Assembly (NCBI RefSeq): GCF_036588685.1
Contig: NC_086375.1
Location: 40,238,001-40,302,000 of the forward strand
Direction: 5' to 3'
Origin: Mytilus trossulus
Lineage: Eukaryota
Length of the DNA stretch: 64,000 nucleotides
Of the stretch, positions 12,301-24,081 are shown piece after piece. The notes beneath the pieces were generated by a model that was not told the DNA's origin, did no database searches, and was given only the letters and a program-made list of their open reading frames with translations. The position numbers and the translations under genes were made by a program. Position 1 is the stretch's first letter, and each line of letters starts with the position of its first letter.

Positions 12301-15300
12301 TACCTTCAATATTGGTCCAATGAACGGAAAACTTTATCTTTAATTTAAAAAAAAGTCTTGTATAGTTTCTTTTGTTGACTAGTATATATTAAACTTTAAA
12401 ATTATGCCGCATCAAGCATCACAGAAAATGGACTGAATGTCTAAATAAATATCGTTCAAGTTGACCTCTTTTTGTGTTCATTACTTGAATAAGAAGATTT
12501 GACAACCAACTTTCCACAGAGAACAAATGACAAAGAGTTTAACAACTATATGTCACCGTAAGCTCCATATTTGAATAAGACGATGTTATATGATTGTTAA
12601 AAAGATTACTACCTGATATGCATAGAAGGAATCAGGTAGACGAAGGCTAAAAAAGGTCTCAAAGGGTTTCATAATTACCACAGACAGAAAATGCCCTTTT
12701 TATAGCAAGCGAACTACCCGACTTATGCAAACACAAATAACATAAAACAAATAGGGCATACATCAATAATTGCCAACCATTTACTCTCAGACTCCGGACT
12801 TGAAACCCATGTTTTATTTTATTCTTCAACCTTTTAATAATATAACAGTTCAACAGATCAATTTGAAAATACTTGACAAATTAAATCAGCACTAACCATT
12901 AAAAATACATACACAAACAAAGAAGACACAAAGTACCAATCTAAGATGTCATACATTTACGGAAGTTACTATCCCTATTTATATTTTGAAATGAAGAGTA
13001 TAGAATTATCAACGACCTTTACACCGAAACATATCCAATTACTGAAATATATCATAGCAATGATAACAATTTTTTTTCTACAATCAAAGCAAAAATATTC
13101 ATGCATCACATTTGAACATTTTGTTTTCTATTAAAGGTATCTCTTGTGCAAATGCGACTGTCGTTCAGAAGGTAGTATGCAAATTAAATCAGAAAAAATT
13201 ACCATATGTCAAAAGAGCTTACTTTTTTTTACATGTATCGGTAGAACATAGTGTATAGCTCCTATCAAATTAAAGCAAGTGATATAAGAACATATTTAGT
13301 AAACACAATGTCTTTATAAATATCCTCCCGCAAAACCTGAAATTACCCAGGGTTCGCGAAGCTCTGTACCGTTTTGATGTTGTGTTCTGTGTACTGTTTT
13401 TATTTTCTTTGTTTGTCATGACGTTTCAGTTCAATGTTGACTGTTGAATTTGAATTTGAATGTCATTTTGGTATTATACGACTCTCATTTAAAAATATCT
13501 AGATCCGTTACAAACAAAACTACAGTTGTAAATTTTATATGTGTTCTTGTTTCCTATATTTGAATGTGTCTTTTAGTTTCTTCAAGAAACACTGAACTAG
13601 CCATTGTAGTTAAAATAAATACAGAACACGGCTGTTGATATGTTACAGTAGAGAAAAGTTGAATACTAGGAAATGTTTATAAATGCAATAGATTGTATTG
13701 ATGTTTTTGTCTCTTAAATCAATTAGGAATAGAAAAAAATCAAGGTTACAAATAAAATATTAGGTAATCGATCGCACACACTCATAAAATGGCAACACCG
13801 TTCGCATCGCCCGTGTATGCTTTTCTTGTTATACATGTACATGTAGCACAAATCGTACGAATTCATATTTAGTGAAAATATTACAATCGGTAAAATTACA
13901 GACTAAAAGACTTTATCAAAACTAATTGTAACAATACTACAAGAATCCTTTACATCTTAGTTTATCAGAGCATCATTTGAACTTATGTTGTTGAAGGTAT
14001 TTTGATACACAATTGCAAACTTTACTTGTTTTGGTAAAATTTGCATTGCAAGGATATTAATAATTCAATTGACAATACCTAGATGTACTTCAAAACAAAT
14101 TAAAATCAGTTAAAGGTGTTTTTCTTATTTACCTTGGGATACTTTACAATTTGGAATTATTCAGCTTTTAACAATGTATGACCTATTTGGGAGTAAAGGT
14201 AATTATTTTGTTAAAACCTTTAAGTACATACATTTCGCTACATGACAGATCGAAAGAGCGTTTGAAATTAGTTCTGGTGGGAAATAAAATAGAGAAGAGA
14301 CAAATTGCTCCTTATCTTTTGCTTTTTTTTAATCACAATCTGTAAATTAATGCCAGTACTTATACCAAAGGTAGGTTGTAGTGCAATGTCAAAAGAATGT
14401 GTTGAATATTTTTTAAAAGTCCTGGCAAATCAATTTTATTAATTACTTTTACAGCAGAACCAAGTTAATATGACATTACACTCTGATCAGGTTGTCGGTC
14501 TTACTACCCCAAGAACTTCACACCTTCACATTTGCACTGGTGTCATTGGCAACCTAACGGGAGACATTAAGGTTGAAATACATTTGGCAGGAAACGCTAA
14601 CTATCAATCAATAAGTCCTATGTATTCAACTAAAACAGATACAACAGTCAACTGTGAAATTATGAGAGTCCTTAAGTTTTGGCTTGGATTCACTGCAGCT
14701 ATGTACAATGCAACTATCAGATGTCAAGTAACAAATGGCCTTTTTCCTGCTGCTTCGCCTAAATACTCTAGCAGTGAAACTCTTCAACTTGTTTCAAGTA
14801 AGTGGGAACTCGTATAGAATAAGTAGTATTTTTGTATGAAATGAAAATAAATTAAGCAAGGAAGACCATTTTGATGAAACCGTGAACACCTTTCAAAAAA
14901 ATATGGATGGATAATAGGAATAAATAGGCTTAATCAATGCAACTTAATTCCTTAATGGTTTTGATAATTAGGACTCCTTAATGTCATTTATTAATTGATT
15001 TTTATATTTACAGTTTTATAAAGGTCATATTCACCCGACTTCCCGCTTATGTAAACTTAATATCAAATTTCACACATACAACTTTGAAGCATTATCAACA
15101 TTCAGAGATGTTATAAAATAAATTGACAGAATAAGAAAAATATTTATGCATGACTATCAACTCCATGGCATTTAGTGTATTGCATATATTCGTTTATCTA
15201 CAACGACAACTAAAAATAATGCAAACACTTATAGTATGATAAACAAAGGACACCACTTTTTGTTTTTTAAATTCCCTTATTTTGTACTATCAGAAGTGTA

Positions 15301-16007
15301 CAAAATCATGTAATTTTTTAAACTTGAATATGATAACAGAAGACAAAACTTTAACAAAATTGATTTAAAATAAAAAGACACAAAAGTAAAACAAATATCA
15401 GTGTTTCAACAGCATGTGAAGATAATGTATTATTAAATTCCAATGAACGACAATTCTGGGTGTTTGTGGACAGAGGATTTTGGAAATGAATGGCATGGCC
15501 TTATATATTGTCATACGTTAAATCACAAAAATAACGAACTCAGAGGAAATTTTAAACCTAAATTCCCTAATCAAACGGCAAAATCAAAAGCTCAAACACA
15601 TTAACTTTTTGTGTCGTAGTTTGTGATTTGCTCATTTTGATTTTCCTCTTTCACTTTTGACATAATGCTGGTAGTCCTAGAATTACAGCATTTTATTGTA
15701 ATTGCTGATGTTTCATTGCTATTAAATGTGTATCGAGTATTTTCTCTGATATTACTTTCTATCTGCATTATAATTGAAACTAGACTCATGATGACCTTGT
15801 GATAACAAAACTATCTTTTCAGGTGACTTTTGTGAACAGAATTTCAATGGAACCATAACCAACAAATATCATCATCCAACAACTTGTCATAGATATGTTA
15901 CTTGTGAAGATAGAGGTCCCTCTGTTCAAGCATGTCCAGGCAATATTTGCTTTAGTTTAGAAAGAGATTATTGTGATTATTGCTCTAATGTGAAAACATG
16001 TCCGTAA
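3397..16007 (+). CDS. Paralogue 1: type II membrane Ig + chitin-binding protein (first/cytoplasmic exon not found)
   Basis: Exons, all AG/GT and phase-consistent: 3397-3559 TM (CSFCR-IGTLIAVLAILVTGLGLGVYLAI-RR); 6199-6357 S/T stalk; 7244-7288 45-nt exon; 8569-8919 Ig1; 11071-11253 CBD1; 13137-13171 35-nt exon (SISCANATVVQK); 14458-14797 Ig2; 15823-16007 CBD2 + TAA. The joined frame is open for 487 codons. Confidence 0.85.
4076..4314 (-). mobile_element. 3' tail fragment of the Penelope-like element at 395-1637
   Basis: Reverse complement of ~1400-1637 (aaagagggacgaaa...gacaacgccatggc...ctcaggtgctccggaagggtaagc). Confidence 0.8.
10909..11015 (+). repeat. Interspersed repeat (ggatggagagttgtctcattggcactcacaccacatctt family)
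   Basis: Absent from the matching intron of paralogues 2 and 4. The same motif occurs at ~17505-17570, ~37420-37487 and ~53290-53450, and reversed at ~27820-28020, ~45700-45880 and ~56185-56415. Confidence 0.7.
11511..12384. mobile_element. Non-autonomous TIR DNA transposon (MITE-like, TA target duplication; Tc1/mariner-type)
   Basis: TIRs tactagtcaacaaaagaaac... / ...gtttcttttgttgactagta, imperfectly extending to ~30 bp, flanked by TA on both sides. Empty site atgcatattatattaaac in paralogues 2 (~33040) and 4 (~63760). Confidence 0.85.
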
Positions 16008-17639
16008 CGAAACCAATACCTTATAAAACTTGTTGGATTTTTCACATTTATATTTATATGAACAAACTTCAATTCACGCTCTTGATTATTGTTGATCACC
16101 TTCGAAATATTGCAGGAGAACAGAACTATCACACTAAGTATAAATACATTAAAATGCGATTTTGTTCTAGTAAGAGAGAGACCATATATGTATCTATAAA
16201 CATATTTGCATGCATTTGTGTGAAATTGCATGCCTTTTCCAACAGACTTTTGTCAACAGGGAGCCAACAAACCAGTATGTTTGGTTGATTTGATTACAAA
16301 TAGAGATACAACAGTTTGGACTCAAAATATAAGTAAAAATGCATTGCATGTTTTTAAGATTATATCCTTTTTTGAACTCTAAATAGCTAAAACACTTAGT
16401 AATACACAGTCACATATCACTGATTCACATATACTTTTAGATAGTACAACTTTGTTGTATATGTATAAATTATATTTATACAATTTCTGATAAAATACTG
16501 TTTGTGCATACAAAGAAGTGGACACTCTTCTTGCTTTATTGATACACATGTTGCATGTGGTACTCGGTGACTACAGCTTTCGACAATACCTTTTGTCAAC
16601 TTTTTCTTCTTTGTACTATTTAATTACAAAACTAAAGGATGTAAAAGTTCACACAGTTCATTTGCACTGTTTATATATTCTTTTAAGATAATTTTGCTTT
16701 CTACCATCCATTTCGAACTAAGAATTATTTTATTATAAGACAATGCATGCATAAGTGCTACTTTCAATCTGGAAAAATTACACTGAAATCAGAGATGTGT
16801 CTGCACAGTTAAGATGAAGTCATTACATGAAGTATCGAGATACAGAGGTGTGGTCTTGTATCTATATACGGGGTGCATGTGTGTACAATGTATATATATA
16901 TATTTGTATTTGTTTGTTTTGTTTTACATTTGTATGAATTCGTGCATGTGTGTTGGTTAATATGATGTGTTGATGTTCTTAAGTTGTTGTTTTTTCTCTT
17001 TTTCGTTACTTTTTCTATTCTTTTCCTTTGCATTTATGTTATTATTAATATTTGCTCTTCTTTGGTATATCTTCTCTTTTACATAATTGATACACACATT
17101 TTAAAATTAAAACGTGCAAATCGATGTACAAACAACGAAGTTTCACAGAACTGTTTTTTTATAATATAGTTTAATTTTACTTGAGCACAAACATAATTTG
17201 CACACTTTATCTATACTATGATACTCTCGACAAAAGTTGTTTAAGGGTTGGGTGTAATTTTAAGTGAAAAATTGAAAATTGTAAAACAGCTTATACATAT
17301 AGATCCACAGGTGTATGTAATGATAATGCTGTTTTGATATACTTGACGTGTAGATATTTATATTATTTATGCTATTCTTGTTTAACCACTTTATTATATT
17401 ATGTCGACTTTACGATTGGTATTGTCAACTGTAGGGTTTTATCAGATTTAGTTTAAAAGAATTGATATTTTTACAAAATATGAGGATTAAGTCTTAAATC
17501 ATACTTTTTAAATTGTTATTTGGACGGAGAGTTGTCTCATTGGCACTCACACCACATCTTCCTATATCTATTGTATAACTATATTAGTAGCACATCTTAA
17601 ATAGAAACACAACGGCTTCATCAATGAAGATATGTGGGG

Positions 17640-17975
17640 AAATTTAGTTCTAATTCTATTAAAAGAACAGAAGTAGCTATTCTTTTAAAAAAAATACTTT
17701 TGAAATTAAGATTCAAGGGACCTTTAAACATCTTTGGTGATTTTATTAGATATCACCATTCATGACTACCGTATAATTTTGGATCATATGAACAAGATAA
17801 TGACAAACCAGTCTTTTTTGAGAGCTTAAAAAACAAGATATCCAACAACGGCATTTCTTCATTTGTAGTGATGGGAGATTGAAATGTTGTTCAAGATTAT
17901 GACAAAAGGTACTCAAGGCGTGGTCCAAATCACAAACAAAGTTGTTTGGACTACTTCATGTGTACCTCAAATATA
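17640..17975 (+). pseudogene. Relic of an APE-type LINE (L1/Tx1-like) endonuclease
   Basis: Degenerate motifs YEQDNDKPVFF (cf. YGPN..F), VMGD*NVVQDY (cf. GDF/WN) and QSCLDYF (cf. SRLDYF). Duplicated at ~37550-37890. Confidence 0.55.
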
Positions 17976-18985
17976 GAAGTCGTAGTTTGTTACTTTTGGT
18001 TGATTTTGATTAAACTTTCGAATGATCTTTGTACTAGAGGTTTTGCAGTTTCATGGCTTTGAGAATACATTTTTTGTTGAATAAGGATTTTTTTGCCAGA
18101 CTATTAGAAAGGTGGTAGTTCTTAAAAAATTGCATTTCCCATTTGGATTACAGTTTCAGAGTAAATATATATTTCTCCGTTTTAAGGTGGAAAGGAAAAC
18201 CTTATAAAGTGAAAAGAGCAATGGTAATGTCCGCACACTTTGATGGCGATCTGAATATGTCTAATATTTCTATTCATGTTATAGTGTAAAAAATTGTTAG
18301 AAGCCGCTTTTATTTAACAAAAACAATTGTAATATTTAAACCATGTATTTTATCATATCTTTAGGATTGTATCAATCTAGCACGTGTTACTTAATTCTTT
18401 ACAATTTGTGTCTAACACTATAGTATGTTACGTCCCATGTTTCATCATGAAAAATTAAAAAAAGTATAAATAGATTAATTTACGTAACTATTATATTCAA
18501 TACATAGTCTCCATTGAAGTGCTTATTCATGGTGATCAAATGTAGTTAAAAATATATATGCTTACTATAGCTAGCTACAACATACATTTTGTTTATATTT
18601 CTTTCATAATGTAATGCTCAAACTTGTGTCTGCACTTTTGCAGTAGCTTAATAAGTTGCCTTTTTTTCCCCTCTATATAAGCCAATGTTAAATTTAAAAA
18701 AAAATGCTTTTATTGCGATTTTAACAATGACAAATAATTACATATTTATTGGAGGACATGGAATGACACTGTCTCAACGAAAATATTAGTTGCTTTTGAT
18801 TGTTTGTCAGTAGTATAATTTCGAACCGGAAGATAAAGAAACCATAAAAATAAGAGGCGATTATATATTTCACAAATATATGATTTGCCCATTGGTTCCC
18901 TGAAATTTGTCGTATACTTGTAATGTATAAATTGTTAACATCCAGTTATTAATTGTTATCAAAGGTACCAGGATTATAATTAAGT

Positions 18986-19029
18986 ACGCCAGACGCGCGT
19001 TTCGTCTGTATAAGACTCATCAGTGACGC
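18986..19029 (-). ncRNA. Type I hammerhead ribozyme (array copy 1)
   Basis: Minus strand GCGUCA-CUGAUGA-GUCU(UAUAC)AGAC-GAAAC-GCGC-GUC/UGGCGU: full core, stem II, palindromic stem III and stem I. Confidence 0.88.
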
Positions 19030-19333
19030 TCATATCAAAATAGTAATAAACCAAACAAATACAAAGTTGAAGAGCATTGAGGATCCAAAATTCCAAAAAT
19101 TTGTGCCAAATACGGCTAAGGTAATCTATGCCTGGGATAAGAATAGTTTTTCGAAAATTTCAAAGTTTTGTATACAGGAAATTTATAAAAATGACCACAT
19201 AATTGATATTTATGTCAACACCGAAGTGCTGACTACTGGGCTGGTGATACCCTCGGGGACGAAACGTCCACCAGCAGAGGCATCGACCCAGTGGTGTAAA
19301 TTGTTATCAAAGGTACCAGGATTATAATTTAGT

Positions 19334-19377
19334 ACGCCAGACGCGCGTTTCGTCTACATAAGACTCATCAGTGACGC
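19334..19377 (-). ncRNA. Type I hammerhead ribozyme (array copy 2)
   Basis: GCGUCA CUGAUGA GUCU UAUGU AGAC GAAAC GCGC GUC/UGGCGU. Confidence 0.88.
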
Positions 19378-19687
19378 TCATATCAAACTAGTAATAAACC
19401 AAACAAATACAAAGTTAAAGAGCATTGAGGATCCAAAATTCCAAAAAGTTGTGCCAAATACGGCTAAGGTAATCTATGCCTGGGATAAGAAAATCCTTAG
19501 TTTTTCGAAACATTCAAAGTTTTGTATACAGGAAATTTATAAAAATGACCACATAATTGATATTCATGTCAACACCGAAGTGTTGAGTACTGGGCTGGTG
19601 ATACCCTCGGGGACGAATCGTCCACCAGCAGAGGCATCGACCCAGTGGTGTAAATTGTTATCAAAGGTACCAGGATTATAATTTAGT

Positions 19688-19731
19688 ACGCCAGACGCGC
19701 GTTTCGTCTACATAAGACTCATCAGTGACTC
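19688..19731 (-). ncRNA. Type I hammerhead ribozyme (array copy 3, one stem I mismatch)
   Basis: Same core; the stem I 5' strand is GAGUCA instead of GCGUCA. Confidence 0.8.
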
Positions 19732-20041
19732 TCATATCAAAATAGTAATAAACCAAACAAATACAAAGTTGAAGAGCATTGAGGATCCAAAATTCCAAAA
19801 AGTTGTGCCAAATACGGCTAAGGTAATCTATGCCTGGGATAAGAAAATCCTTAGTTTTTCGAAACATTCAAAGTTTTGTATACAGGAAATTTATAAAAAT
19901 GACCACATAATTGATATTCATGTCAACACCGAAGTGTTGACTACTGGGCTGGTGATACCCTCGGGGACGAATCGTCCACCAGCAGAGGCATCGACCCAGT
20001 GGTGTAAATTGTTATCAAAGGTACCAGGATTATAATTTAGT

Positions 20042-20085
20042 ACGCCAGACGCGCGTTTCGTCTACATAAGACTCATCAGTGACGC
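20042..20085 (-). ncRNA. Type I hammerhead ribozyme (array copy 4)
   Basis: Same intact core and stems as copy 2. Confidence 0.88.
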
Positions 20086-20235
20086 TCATATCAAAATAGT
20101 AATAAACCAAACAAATACAAAGTTGAAGAGCATTGAGGATCCAAAATTCCAAAAAGTTGTGCCAAATACGGTTAAGGTAATCTATGCCTGGGATAAGAAA
20201 ATCCTTATTTTTTCGAAAATTTCAAAGTTTTTTAT

Positions 20236-21690
20236 AACAACTGCCAAATATAGTACACCTAGTCTATAACGATTTATTCATCTGTGTTAATCGTCAAATG
20301 AACTAAGAATTTTACCTGACGAAATTGCATTATCTACACTATTAAACGAGAAGTCCTTATTTTGTGTGTCGCTTTCCTTCTTTTCGCAAAAAAATAATTA
20401 TCATTCCGCTGTGTCCTATGAAATTTGATGAATTTATTGTTATCATAGGTGTCACATAGAAATAAGAAGATATGGAATGACTGCCGATGAGATAACTATT
20501 CACCCAAGTCACAATGTGTAAAAAGTAAACAATAATTTGTCATATTTGTCATAATACAATCTTCAACAGGAAGCTTTGGCTAGAGCAAGCTGTAAAGGAC
20601 ACCAAAATTACAAATATAAACAATTCAAACAGGAAAACCGACGGACTTATCTATATAAAAAAAAGAGAAACACTCATCAACCTCATCAACTGCTGACCAA
20701 TACTAATTGGCGCATAACTTAGGTGCATACAAATACAGAGGATTAAAACCTGAACAGGCACCAACCTTCACCCTTATCTGAAAAATATTGTTATATTTAA
20801 ACATAAAATACACACTACAAATTATAAATTCGAATATCTGAACTCGATCAAATAAAAATATAGAAAAAACAAGTTAACAAACACTGAATGAATACATTAG
20901 ATATACATTTATGACACAAAGAAAATAATGACTTGTTTGTACATGTGGGAGTACGAAAATAATTTTTTCAAATAAATAAGTTTGCTGTTCAACAGTACGA
21001 AGGTAAAAACTTATCGTCTTACTAAATACTTATCAAAAGTGTTTCGGAATAAAAAGAGTAAGACGAGTTATAACAGCATTGAATAACTAAAATGAATTAC
21101 AAATTTTGTCAATATGTCATATAAACAGGAAAGTACGATATGAAAATTCAATCAAAACACATCTCAGGGATTTAGTTTTTAACACCATGGACAGCTAAAG
21201 AAAACATGACTTGTGCAATGCTCATATTAAAACATTGACAGGCAGTGAGATTGTTGAAATCTAACTTTATGATGAAAATGTATCATATTTTATCTATATA
21301 AAGTAACCTATATATAGAAAATAAAAGTGGATGTGTATTTTGATATCCCACAATTCAAATTAAGTTCTGTTTTAATTTGTTGATGACAAAATCGAAATGT
21401 GTGCCAATGTTAAACAGCATAAATAAACTGCAATATATAGTACACCTTTTCTTTAAAGTTTTTTTCATGTGTTTTAATCGTCAAATGAACCAAGAGTTTA
21501 ACCGGATGAAATTGAATTACCTATACTATTAAACGAGGAGACCTTATGTTGTGCGTCGTGTCTCTTCTTTTCGCAATGAATTAATCATCCGCCTCTGTGT
21601 CCTATAGAATTTGATGAATTTATTGTTATCCTAGATGTCACATAGAAATAAGAAGATATGAAATGACTGCCGATGATATAACTCTTCACC
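20236..21690 (+). repeat. Diverged local direct repeat (~260 bp at 20236-20500 and 21425-21690)
   Basis: aactgc..atatagtacac...tcgtcaaatgaac...attaaacgag...gtcacatagaaataagaagatatg occurs twice. The pair is also present at ~38890 and ~40150. Confidence 0.6.
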
Positions 21691-23347
21691 CTTTATACAT
21701 TCTCTAAATCATATAACTGCGTTTAATTTCTCTTTCAAAGAAGGACTAACTGAACCATTTATTCCCGATTCGACTCATTTCCTTGGTAATACTATGTACC
21801 CAGACTTAAATTTGAACTAGATTAAATAAATAAAAGATCGTGAGGTGGTTGAATATTCAATTTTTAAAGTTATTTTTATGTGTAATCAGGGATTTTCCTG
21901 ACCGATCTGCCAAATGTTTATAAAATATGTGGATAAAACGGTCAAGTGATTTCAATGATTTAATGTGTAAGTACAAAGAAAGCTGTGACTTCTAGTACAT
22001 GTGAGATTGCTATACTCTATATGACAACGACCTTTTGTGGTATAAATATTCTTAACACACTTAAGGGACAAGGAAGTGCATATTCAAATGTTAAATCCTC
22101 ACGTGCAGAATATCTATTACAAAATTGCTCACACGAAGGTAAAATCCGAAACGTAATCGATTTGCTTCGATCTTTTCATCGTAGTGTGATTCCCTTTAAA
22201 AGAAATCAATCATTTTTCCCATATATTTAAGATAATCTAGATTAAAGCTCATCGGTAATTTTAAACATACGTGCAACATTATCTTTCTTGTCCTGTGCTG
22301 AGCCTGAAGCGAAGTCAAATTTTCTATATTTACTAGCATTGATTATTTTGATTCTTAATACCTAACTAAGCATATATTGCAATCTACGTATTTTAAAACT
22401 CTTATGGTCCTGCACATTGTTGATACTCATATGTTTGCGTATATAAACTGAATCCGTTGGATGTATGCTTGAAATCATAATTACAAAAATACGGAAGTAA
22501 ACTCTAAAGAAAATTCAAAACGGAGAGTCACTAATTCTACCGAACTTTTCAGTCGTTTGGAAATAATGACCTATTAATTCTATGTGTTGATCTACGACTT
22601 TGAACTAGGGCTTTCATCAATGCAAATACAATGTGGTCGCTAATTAATCAGTTCGATTAATAAGTCGGTGGTTTTAACGCCTCTTTCAGCACTATTGGTT
22701 AAATTGGAAGTCATTTTAAATTTTACACGGGAAAAAAGAGTGTCTGAAGAGAACCAACGACCTTCGTTAGGCAAACTCACAATTATAGTCAATGGAGATT
22801 ATAGTGGGGCTAACCTAGATGCGGAGTTGAAAGACTTTGAACACTCGGCCACCCTTAGTAATTTTCAGAATCAGTCCATAGTCCCTTTTATATATAAGGC
22901 AAGTCCTTCACAACTGATTTGTTTGGACAGGACCTTGTGAGGTGATGATTTGATACTCTGCCACATTCGGATATGCGTGTCTCAAACCTAACGCGCAGTG
23001 GCTGTCGTTTGCAGTTGTCTGTCATGACTTGATTGTTAAACTTAAATGCTAGTTTAGTCTCGGTTTGAGTTTGTAACCTGGATTTTTTTCCCGAAATAAA
23101 TTTAAGACTTTTAAACTGTAGTATACTACCTTGCCTTTTTCCAAGAGTCATCAAACGTTGAAAATAGTGAATAAAGTTTTAACCTGGTTCCAATTCGTAC
23201 AGCTATATATGCAATATCTCATTACTTAATAATGATGATAGTTCCGGGATCGTGTTTATTTCAATTCGGAAGTTGACGAGTCCTATTAATATATATTGAT
23301 GTATGCACCTGTCTAGTATTTCACATAGTACAATTTAGCATCGCAAT

Positions 23348-23495
23348 ATTACGGACGCCATCATGAGTTGGTTGACCGTCATGAAATATCTGTTTCATGG
23401 ATGATAGTAGATATATTCAAATATCGTTACAACTATAACGATCCCTCCTCCCGAATGTTACCTATCGCTTGAATCATATTACCTGGTTTGTAAAA
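23348..23495 (+). mobile_element. Old fragment of the Penelope-like RT C-terminus
   Basis: tacggacgccatcatgagttggttgaccgt matches 1256-1285. Duplicated at ~42070-42215. Confidence 0.6.
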
Positions 23496-24081
23496 TATCT
23501 ATTTTAGCATGGATAGACTTTCAACTCTGCTCGTATCAATTTGTTTTAATTTTATTTTTAAATAGGAATGTGATATGATTGCCAATGAGACAACTATTCA
23601 CCAGAATTAAAATAAAGCTGTGCTCTGCAGTAATAAGAAAAAACATTGGTTTTTCACTATTTATTTTTTTTACATTTGTGTTGAAGCTTTAAGTTTTGAT
23701 CAAACAATTTCAAGTTTAACTATAATACTTTCCTTTACTTTTTCACATAACATACGATAAAAAACCAATACGTCAAAGTTGATACTTGATTTTTATCTGG
23801 ATTTGAAATGATCAAATAGAATATATAAGCATGATTTGCACTATGATGGTTTACAGCCGTTCAAAGATAAAATCTACCTTGGTAAATATTTAGTCAGACC
23901 TCTTTATACAGTCATAGTACTCATTCTTCTTTATTTCAATCTTAATTTTGTAGTATCTACTTATTACATAATATCACTGGTTTCTGTTCCTTCTATCATA
24001 CAACCGACTTGAGTGTCATGTGAATAAACTAAAACACATACTGCACAAATACCATAATAGGTTATTAGATATAGACTTCAA

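Larger units (their letters stand above)
18950..20232 (-). mobile_element. Tandem non-LTR retrozyme array, family 1 (~3.6 units of 348-354 bp)
   Basis: Near-identical head-to-tail units, each with a type I hammerhead on the minus strand. The array is absent from the duplicated region (empty site ~38885). Confidence 0.9.

Noticed and set aside
8569-14797. Calling the genes VCBP orthologues
   Set aside because: No signal peptide, no V-set Trp or D-x-G-x-Y-x-C motif, different domain order and a TM anchor. The similarity is architectural only, so no gene symbol is given.
19067-20035. Repeated 76-88 aa ORFs (MKSIEDPKFQK...) and a possible CRISPR-like array
   Set aside because: These are readings of the non-coding retrozyme unit on the strand opposite the ribozyme. 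The units are fully repeated with no unique spacers, and the DNA is eukaryotic.
22668-22940. 90-aa ORF conserved at 41384-41656 (similarly ORF pairs 16984/36901 and 28048/56443)
   Set aside because: Conservation is explained by the recent segmental duplication. Starts are non-ATG, with no domain signal or splice support.
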